A stretch of DNA of 64,000 nt, from positions 2,208,001 through 2,272,000 of the forward strand of contig CAXXLQ010000004.1 of assembly GCA_963668695.2 (NCBI GenBank). The letters are read 5' to 3'. The translations under genes were made by a program, and so were the position numbers. Positions 57,239 to 64,000 of this stretch are shown piece by piece. The notes beneath the pieces were generated by a model. The model worked only from the letters and a program-made list of their open reading frames with translations. It was not told the origin of the DNA and did no database searches. This DNA is from Vicinamibacteria bacterium. GTDB lineage: Bacteria > Acidobacteriota > Vicinamibacteria > Marinacidobacterales > Marinacidobacteraceae. The number at the start of each line of letters is the position of its first letter. The first letter of the stretch is position 1.

Positions 57239-59049
57239 CGGGATTCCACCTGCAAGGTCAACTGACGGGATCCGGTGACCGTGGCGTCAAAATCGAGGTG
57301 CCCCTCCCAGAGCACCGACGCTGGAAGCTCCCGGGTAAGCCCGCCCGAGGAGTCTCGCGAAAGCACGGATCGGACGCTTGGCGGCAGGGAGGGCAGATAC
57401 TCGCCGCCGACCACCGCCGCACTTCGCCCGGATTCCACGAGTCGCACGTAGAGACGACTCTGCCGGCGGTGGCGGCCGATGGCGCGAAAGATCTGTTCCA
57501 CCCTGGTCGGAGTGCCCGTGACACCCTGGCGCTGGTCTGCAAGCGCCACCGAAAGAGCGTCCGCCACGAGCAGGGTCAGACGACTGCCGGCGGCGCTGCG
57601 GGGGATCGGCACCTCCAACTCACGGATCGCTTCGGCCCCCCGGAAATCCTTTACGGCAACCCGGAGGGTGGCGGTGTCCCCGGGGCGGACCCGTGACGAT
57701 CGCAGCCAGGCGCGGGTCACGGTTGCGGCGTGGGCCTCTTCACTGGCGGAGATCTCCACCTCGATGTCCCGAACCGGAATGCGTTCGACCGGGTTCCCGA
57801 GGAGCAGGGCGAGTGGCGCGGCAACGAGGGAGGCGGCGCTGGTGAGGACCCCCGCACCCCCGGAGCCGAAGACGTCCTCGACGGTAAGCGTTCGCCCGCC
57901 GGCAATGCCGATGCGGGCGGCGAGCCGGATGGTCTGAGTCCCCGCGGGCCGTTCTTCCTGGGAAAGGATGGACACCAGGCCGGAGAAGGCCAACAGCGGA
58001 CTGAACAGGTCGTGATCGACGAGCTCCAGGTTGTAGTCGCGCCGGCCGCCGCGGCTGCCCTGGACCTGGACGCGCATCGGGATGGTCCGGGCGCGAGCCC
58101 CGAGCTTTCCCCGAACTCCGGTGGCCCGGTCTTGCTGCCAGACGCCGATCGTCGCCCCGGCGCTCGCCAGCCGGAACGAGTTGGAGAGCGAGGCTACGCT
58201 CGCTTCCACCCGGGCCTGCTGCATCGGGATGGAGATGGTGCCGAGACCGGTGAACGGATGGCCGAAGGCGAAGACCTCCCCGGTGGCCTCGTCCACATGG
58301 GTCACCGTTCCGCTCGCCATCAGCACCATGTCGCCCCCGATGAGCGTGGCGCCTACCGGGCTCCCGGGACTCAATTTCGGAACGGCGGTTTGTTGCGAGG
58401 CGCCGGCGCCCGCCGTTCCGGTCAGCCCCCCCGGAGCCAGCTCCATTCCGAGCTGCCGGAATAGCGGGGCCAGGACCCGATGGGCGGCGGGGCTGAGGCC
58501 GCTCGCGGTCACTGGCGCCCGAATGGGGAGCAACTGCCTGCCGTCGTTCTCGATGCCAACTTCCGGGACGGGAATCGGATCGAAGGACGGTTCCCCGGCG
58601 GACGAAAAGCGCAGTGTCGGGGCGGGAGCGACACCGGACGAGGTCCCCGCCCCGAGGGGCATTTCGGTGAAGCGAACCATCTCCTCGAAGGGAGTGATCC
58701 CGCAGATGGCGTCCTTCGCGAAGGGGAAGGCGTACGCCACGGCGCCGAGCAGCCGCCCGTCCACATAGACCGGGCTCCCGCTCATCCCCTGAATGACCCC
58801 GGTGTGGGCGAGCGGACCGCCCGACAGGTTCGCGAGCACGATACTGCGACCCGGCATCGCGCCCCTCAGCACTCCGACGATCTCCACCCCGAAGGTCTCC
58901 ACCTCCTCGCCCGAAAAGACGGTGCGGCCTTCCCCCACCATCCCCGGCCGCACTTCGTCGAGCGGCAGGATGGCGGGCTGGGCGGTGGCGTCCGGTGCGA
59001 GCCCGGCCAATACGGCGAGAAGGCACGCCCCGCGAAGATGGGCTCTCAA
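57235..59049 (-). CDS. SpoIVB-like peptidase S55 domain protein
   Basis: GMVGEGRTVFSG, GVIQGMSGSPVYVDG, GTVT, AFGHPF. Confidence 0.88.
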   Translation of the reverse strand: MRAHLRGACLLAVLAGLAPDATAQPAILPLDEVRPGMVGEGRTVFSGEEVETFGVEIVGVLRGAMPGRSIVLANLSGGPLAHTGVIQGMSGSPVYVDGRLLGAVAYAFPFAKDAICGITPFEEMVRFTEMPLGAGTSSGVAPAPTLRFSSAGEPSFDPIPVPEVGIENDGRQLLPIRAPVTASGLSPAAHRVLAPLFRQLGMELAPGGLTGTAGAGASQQTAVPKLSPGSPVGATLIGGDMVLMASGTVTHVDEATGEVFAFGHPFTGLGTISIPMQQARVEASVASLSNSFRLASAGATIGVWQQDRATGVRGKLGARARTIPMRVQVQGSRGGRRDYNLELVDHDLFSPLLAFSGLVSILSQEERPAGTQTIRLAARIGIAGGRTLTVEDVFGSGGAGVLTSAASLVAAPLALLLGNPVERIPVRDIEVEISASEEAHAATVTRAWLRSSRVRPGDTATLRVAVKDFRGAEAIRELEVPIPRSAAGSRLTLLVADALSVALADQRQGVTGTPTRVEQIFRAIGRHRRQSRLYVRLVESGRSAAVVGGEYLPSLPPSVRSVLSRDSSGGLTRELPASVLWEGHLDFDATVTGSRQLTLQVESR

Positions 59050-59194
59050 GGTCGGATCCTGGAAAGGCGGAATGCTACCGCCCGTGTCCGGAGTTTCCGG
59101 CGCATCCGAGGAGGAACGGGCTCCCGGCCAACGAGAGACCGGGTACCGGACCGGTCTTCGGGGAGCCGCGGCGCTCGGCGACGCCGGACCGCGT

Positions 59195-59441
59195 TAACAG
59201 CCGGTGGTGAAACCCACGCGGGTTCCACCACCGGCTGCTAACAGCCTGTGGCAAGACCCACGCGGCGTTCGACGGGCGATGCATCCCGTCTGATCCGCCC
59301 CGCTTTGCGGGGCTCTGCGTTGCGCTTCGGTCGAAATACACCCGGTATTCCTCCCTCACGCGCCTTGTCAGCCGGACCCCCACCGGGAGAACTGGGCCTC
59401 GCCCGTCTCGGCGCTCACGTGGGTTTCACCACAGGCTGTTA
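59195..59441. mobile_element. Family B: 46-bp TIR-only mini-element followed by a full copy
   Basis: TAACAGCCGGTGGTGAAACCCACGCGGGTTCCACCACCGGCTGCTA shares its TA with the next copy, which ends ...CACAGGCTGTTA. Confidence 0.85.
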
Positions 59442-59954
59442 AGGCGCCTGGGCGGCTGACAGTGGGCGCAGAACCCGATAGCAATTGTCCATCCAGCCGT
59501 CGTATTGGGCGCTCGTGTTCGCGCCTGCGAGTGCGGCTTCATATCCCCGGTCGGGATTGCGAAGAAAGCGCCAGGCCCGGAAGTGGTCGTCGCAGGTGTC
59601 CGCCAAATACTGCGACTCGGCTCCGGCAAGCTGGGCCCGGACGGTATCCACGCCGTCCTGGGTGGTGTCGCCGGCGACCATGGCCACCGACACCATGACC
59701 ACGAGGACCTCGATGCACTCCTGGTAGGCGACCAGCGCGACTGATTGGCCGAGCTGGTCCCGATACTGGATGGGGATCTGCTGGGCCGCCGTCTCGGCAA
59801 GCATCAGGCAGGTGTCGCGCAGCGGACCGTCCCCGCCGGGAAGGGTCGTCGGATCGGGGGCCATGTCTTGCGGAAGCATCGTCTGAAGCGTCTGACAGCC
59901 GAGTCCGCCCAGCAGGAGCAGGGAAGCGATGAGTCTCAGGATCCGTTCCTCCAT
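59439..59954 (-). CDS. Hypothetical helical lipoprotein with four further cysteines
   Basis: Lipobox LGGLGC and good codon bias; its stop overlaps the MITE TA. Confidence 0.65.
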   Translation of the reverse strand: MEERILRLIASLLLLGGLGCQTLQTMLPQDMAPDPTTLPGGDGPLRDTCLMLAETAAQQIPIQYRDQLGQSVALVAYQECIEVLVVMVSVAMVAGDTTQDGVDTVRAQLAGAESQYLADTCDDHFRAWRFLRNPDRGYEAALAGANTSAQYDGWMDNCYRVLRPLSAAQAP

Positions 59955-60056
59955 CCGCAGGGGAGCCGCACGCATTCGACGTGCCAGAACAGTTCCAGCG
60001 CGACGGAAGATAACCGCGAATCTTCCCGAGTCCTACACTTTCCGGTGTCCCGCACC

Positions 60057-61112
60057 ATGTCCGACGATCGCTACTCCCGCCAGACGCTCTTCCCCGGCAT
60101 CGGCCCGGAAGGGCAGCAGCGTCTGGCCCGCAGTCGGGTCCTGGTGGTGGGGGCCGGAGCCCTCGGCTCCGCCTCGCTCGACATGCTGGTGCGGGCTGGA
60201 GTCGGGACCGTGCGGTTCGTCGACCGTGACACAGTCGAGACTTCGAACCTGCAGCGGCAATCGCTCTACGATGAGGAGGACGCCCGGGAAGGGAGGCCCA
60301 AGGCGGAGAGCGCCCGGCGACGGCTCGCGGCGGTCAATTCGGAGGTGAAACTCGAACCGCTGGCGCTCGATCTCCACGCCGGGAACATCCGCGAAGTCAT
60401 GGAAGGGATGGACCTGGTGCTCGACGCCACCGACAACTTCGAGACGCGCTACCTCATCAACGACGCCGCCGTCGCCACCGGAACGCCGTGGATCTACGCC
60501 GCCTGCGTCGGCAGCTACGGGATGACCCTCACTGTGCTTCCGGGCCACACCGGGTGCCTGCGCTGCGTGGTCCCCGATGTCCCGCCACCCGGCGTGTCCC
60601 CGACCTGCGACACCGCGGGGGTGATCGCACCGGCGGTGCAGGCGGTGGCGTCCTACGCGGTGACCGAGGCCCTGAAACTGCTGGCGGGTCGGATGAACGC
60701 GCTGGCGACCGGGATCTGGCACCTCGACGTATGGGAGCGAACCGCCTATCGCATGGAGATCGGGGATCCGGACCCCGATTGCCCGGCCTGCGGACGGCGT
60801 GAGTTCCCTTTCCTCGACGGAGATGCGGGCGGGACCCTGCTGACTCTTTGCGGACGCAACGCCGTCCAGGTGCGCCCGGCCGCTTCGTCGGCTCCCGCCG
60901 GCGCGGCGAACCCGGACTTCCTCGACCGGCTGGGTGGCCGGCTCGGGGAGTTGCCGGAGGTGCGGGACTCGCTGCGGGTCACCGGTCACCTCCTCCAGTT
61001 CGAGGTCGCCGGACGGCGACTGGTGGTCTTCCCCGACGGGCGGGCGATCGTTCACGGCAGCGGCGATCCGGCGGAGGCCCGGACGCTCGTCTCACGCTAC
61101 ATCGGGAATTAA
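60057..61112 (+). CDS. ThiF/MoeB-family adenylyltransferase
   Basis: RYSRQ, GAGALG, DRD.VE.SNLQRQ, TDNF.TR, CLRC, TCDTAG, CPAC, LCGRNAVQ. Confidence 0.92.
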   Translation: MSDDRYSRQTLFPGIGPEGQQRLARSRVLVVGAGALGSASLDMLVRAGVGTVRFVDRDTVETSNLQRQSLYDEEDAREGRPKAESARRRLAAVNSEVKLEPLALDLHAGNIREVMEGMDLVLDATDNFETRYLINDAAVATGTPWIYAACVGSYGMTLTVLPGHTGCLRCVVPDVPPPGVSPTCDTAGVIAPAVQAVASYAVTEALKLLAGRMNALATGIWHLDVWERTAYRMEIGDPDPDCPACGRREFPFLDGDAGGTLLTLCGRNAVQVRPAASSAPAGAANPDFLDRLGGRLGELPEVRDSLRVTGHLLQFEVAGRRLVVFPDGRAIVHGSGDPAEARTLVSRYIGN

Positions 61113-61294
61113 CAGCCTGTGGTGAAACTCAGGCGGCGTTCGAGCGGCGACGCATCCCGGCTGAACCGCGCCGCTTTGCGGCGCTCGGCGTTGCGTTTCG
61201 GTCGAAATACACTCGGTATTCCTCCCTCACGCGCCTTGTCAGCCGGGCGCCTCCCCGCTCTCGGCGCTCACCCGGGCTCCACCACAGGCTGTTA
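61110..61294. mobile_element. Family B MITE, 185-bp core copy between the MoeB-like gene and hisZ
   Basis: TA-ACAGCCTGTGGTGAAAC...CTCCACCACAGGCTGT-TA. Confidence 0.85.
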
Positions 61295-61297
61295 ACC

Positions 61298-62398
61298 ATG
61301 AAGCCGACCGATTCGCTGCTTCGCGCTCCCTCCGGGGCGATCACCCATGTGGGGGCGGCCGCGCGCCGCCGCCGGCAGGTCGAAGAGATCGCCGCCGCGG
61401 TATTCCGCGGTTGGGGCTACGAAGAGATCCTCCTGCCGCTCTTCGATCACGCGGAGGTATTCGCTCGTGGCGGTGGGCGCTGGTCCGAGCGCTCCAGCTA
61501 CCGGTTCACCGAAGGAGGGGATCTGCTCGCTCTCCGCGCCGACTTCACGGCGCTCGCGGCGCGGGCCGCGGTGACCCGTCTGCCCCGTGAAGCGGAGCGG
61601 CTCTTCTACCGTGGCGAGGTGGTGCGGCGACCGGGGCGCGGGCTCGGTCCCTCGGCTTTCCGGGAGGTGGGAGTGGAGCATTTCGCTGCCGGCCCGAGGG
61701 CGGATCTGGAGGTTCTGATGGTGGCCCTCGAAGTCCTCGAGCGCCTCGGGATAGACGGGTTCGTCTTCACTCTGGGGCACGCCGGCTACCCGCTGGGTCT
61801 TCTGGATGAGGCGCTCTCCGGGGCCGCCGATCGGGATGAGCGGCGCGCGGAAGCGCTCCGGGGCCTCTGGCGGCGCGACCCGTCCCGGATCCGGTCGGCG
61901 CTCGGAGCCGGCGCCGCGCCGCTCGTTCAGATGCTTGAGCTCTTCGGGGGGAAGGAGGTGCTGGAGGAGGCGGCGCGGAGCCGGCTCCCCGAGCGCGGCC
62001 GACAGGCGGCCAGCGAGCTCGCCAGGATCGCCCGGGTGCTCGAAGAGCTGGGTCTCTCCGACCGGTTCCGGTTCGATCTGGCCGAGCTCCGGGGCTTCGA
62101 CTACTACACCGGACTCATCTTCGAGATCCACGCTCCCGGCGCCGGGCAGGAGATTGGGGGAGGGGGCCGCTACAACGACCTGCTCGCGAACTTCGGCGAT
62201 CCGCGCCCGGCGGTGGGATTCTCCCTGTCGGTGGACCGGCTGGCCGGGATCCTCCCGGAATCCCCGGAACCCGCCCACGGCGGGGTCGAATCGATCGAGC
62301 GGGGACCGGACACGGAGATTGGGCTGGCCGCCCGCTTCCGGGCGGCCCGCGCCGCCCGGACCCGGGGCGCGCACATCCGTTTCAGGCCCGCGGGCTGA
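61298..62398 (+). CDS. hisZ: ATP phosphoribosyltransferase regulatory subunit
   Basis: WGYEEI..P.F, LALRADFT, RLFYRGEV, DYYTGLIF, GGGRYNDLL..FG..RPAVGFS. Confidence 0.88.
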   Translation: MKPTDSLLRAPSGAITHVGAAARRRRQVEEIAAAVFRGWGYEEILLPLFDHAEVFARGGGRWSERSSYRFTEGGDLLALRADFTALAARAAVTRLPREAERLFYRGEVVRRPGRGLGPSAFREVGVEHFAAGPRADLEVLMVALEVLERLGIDGFVFTLGHAGYPLGLLDEALSGAADRDERRAEALRGLWRRDPSRIRSALGAGAAPLVQMLELFGGKEVLEEAARSRLPERGRQAASELARIARVLEELGLSDRFRFDLAELRGFDYYTGLIFEIHAPGAGQEIGGGGRYNDLLANFGDPRPAVGFSLSVDRLAGILPESPEPAHGGVESIERGPDTEIGLAARFRAARAARTRGAHIRFRPAG

Positions 62399-62414
62399 GC
62401 CCGGCAGCCGGCAA

Positions 62415-62897
62415 CTAGCCGACGGAGCAGTCGACGACGTCGCAGCGAATGGTGACCGCCTCGCAGCCCGGCGTTACTACCGCGAGTTCGAGAGTTCCGA
62501 TCCACTCGATCGTCAACTGCCAACCGGGTCCCGCCCCGGTGGCGGGCCCGAATTTCCGGATGGTCGCCGCGCTCGGCGCGGGGTGCGACCATCCCGGCCG
62601 ATAGGGCGAAAGGACTTCGACGGCAGTCTCCGAACTCAGGTCGTTCAGCTCGAACACACCGCGGGGAATCCCCATCGTGGGGTCGGGGATTCCTCGATGA
62701 TCCGCCGAGATGGACAGATCGCCACATGGATCGGAGGATGGAGGAACCGGTTCCGGCGCGGGGGTTGGGGTGGCCGGGGGTGGAGCGGGGACGGGTCCTC
62801 CCACCGAACCCGACTCCCCGCATCCCGAAAGCGAGCCGCCAAGCAGAAGCACAACCAACACGGACGGCCGGACGGGGCGAGGTCGGGGACTGGTCAA
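62415..62897 (-). CDS. Cys-containing lipoprotein
   Basis: Lipobox LSGC, Pro-rich linker, C-terminal W.G.LEL.V..PGC..V..RC....C. Confidence 0.7.
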   Translation of the reverse strand: MTSPRPRPVRPSVLVVLLLGGSLSGCGESGSVGGPVPAPPPATPTPAPEPVPPSSDPCGDLSISADHRGIPDPTMGIPRGVFELNDLSSETAVEVLSPYRPGWSHPAPSAATIRKFGPATGAGPGWQLTIEWIGTLELAVVTPGCEAVTIRCDVVDCSVG

Positions 62898-63901
62898 GGG
62901 GGGGCTCGCCTTGGTCCGCGGATCGCCGGACCCCGTGTTTCGGTGACTTCGCCCGCTCGAACCTCGACAAAGCGCCAGTGGTCCCGTAGGTCCTGGTCAA
63001 CCGTCTGAAAGAAGTAGTAGTTGCGACTGCGGATCGGACGGATTATCAGCACGTTCCGGCCCGGAGGGACGCCCTCGACGAGGAAGCGGCCCTGTCGGTC
63101 GGAGAACGCCCCAGGACCGTCGCGGGCGCTTCCGCCGGAGACGTTCATTGTCTGGACGTAGGCGTACGCGATCGGAGATCCCTCCTCGTCGGTCAACTCC
63201 CCCCGGACGGCACCGTGCGAAGCGGTGAATCCGGGCGGCGGATACAGCACCGACACGCCCGAAATGTCGTCGGCGGTGAGCTCGTTATCGCGATGTCCGT
63301 CGGACATCACCGGATCGGGAGTCGTCGCCGAGAAGCGTTCGGTGTGCCCCAGGCCCAGGCAGTGGCCGATCTGGTGCAGGATCCACGCCTCCAACCACGG
63401 GGCGCTGTCGTTTTTTTCGAGAGCCATAGGGTTCAGCTCGATGTCGCAGCCGGTGATCACTCCATTGCGAATCGTCGTGGAATTGACCGCCGGCGGCGCG
63501 CGCGACTCCAGCAGCAGCGGGAAGCTGGAGACGCCGATGGTATTGAGTCCGTCGGTAGTGGAAGCCCAATTTCGGTTGACCGTCTCGTCCTCGAGAAACA
63601 ACCGGATCGTTGCGGGGGGGACATGGGTCCAGCGCCAGAGCGCGCGCCGGGCCGTTTCTTGCCACTCCCCGTTTCTCCAGAATCGGAGGCCGTCGTCGTT
63701 CCCGTTCTCGAGCAACCGGAAGGCGACGGACCGGTTGTCCTCAGCCCAGCGCGGGGCCTCGGCGGACGTGACGACTCGCTGCCGGGCGTCCCGGAAGGAG
63801 TAGGCGAGACCGAGGGGCACGGCCAGGGCGAACGCGGCGAGTCCCGCCAACCCGACGCCGGCGGCCCGCAGCACACCGGTTCCGGCTCGCGCGCGCCGCA
63901 T
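62894..63901 (-). CDS. Matrixin-like metalloprotease homolog with HQxxH (catalytic Glu replaced by Gln)
   Basis: CDIELNP, LHQIGHCLGLGH, PVMS, LTADDISGVSVLYP; same architecture as 38988..39998. Confidence 0.8.
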   Translation of the reverse strand: MRRARAGTGVLRAAGVGLAGLAAFALAVPLGLAYSFRDARQRVVTSAEAPRWAEDNRSVAFRLLENGNDDGLRFWRNGEWQETARRALWRWTHVPPATIRLFLEDETVNRNWASTTDGLNTIGVSSFPLLLESRAPPAVNSTTIRNGVITGCDIELNPMALEKNDSAPWLEAWILHQIGHCLGLGHTERFSATTPDPVMSDGHRDNELTADDISGVSVLYPPPGFTASHGAVRGELTDEEGSPIAYAYVQTMNVSGGSARDGPGAFSDRQGRFLVEGVPPGRNVLIIRPIRSRNYYFFQTVDQDLRDHWRFVEVRAGEVTETRGPAIRGPRRAPP

Positions 63902-63905
63902 GTCG

Positions 63906-64000
63906 CTATCCGGCGCAGCCCCGCGGGTTACAGCGCACGACGACCACCGGGCAGCCGGGGGGCACGATCTCCAGCTCCAGATCCCCCAGCCAGTCCAGGG
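63906..64000 (-). CDS. 3' end of a paralog of the 62415..62897 lipoprotein (partial)
   Basis: Manual translation LDWLGDLELEIVPPGCPVVVVRCNPRGCAG* aligns with IEWIGTLELAVVTPGCEAVTIRCDVVDCSVG*. Confidence 0.7.
   Translation of the reverse strand, partial: LDWLGDLELEIVPPGCPVVVVRCNPRGCAG

Overview
High-GC bacterial chromosomal window. The gene content (GWxTD protein, SpoIVB-like S55 plus beta-propeller pair, carboxypeptidase-regulatory/TonB receptor, VPS10 hydrolases) suggests an Acidobacteria-like organism, and the plant-type LRR/Ig lipoprotein hints at a host-associated lifestyle; both are inferences. Most genes are housekeeping or metabolic: nadE, lpdA-lipB-E1beta / lipA-E2, boxC-boxB-thiolase, mltG, hflX, rsgA, squalene synthase, tRNA-Thr, tRNA-fMet, pheS-pheT, moeB-hisZ. 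A class A beta-lactamase is cut by the left edge. The most unusual signal is non-coding: intergenic space is filled by three structured repeat families with no cognate transposase in the window. Family A is a modular multi-hairpin element whose first hairpin has near-fixed length (80-83 nt), a co-varying ~20-bp stem and a ~40-nt loop that differs between loci. Family B is a 185-bp TA-flanked MITE sitting in stop codons, including between pheS and pheT. Family C is a GGAG-type REP doublet. A non-palindromic 20-mer (CCAGTTCTCCCGGTGGGGGC) occurs as an optional insert in families B and C and in-frame inside hflX. Also seen: three catalytically degenerate peptidases, a junction of two truncated convergent genes, and a frameshifted K+ channel.
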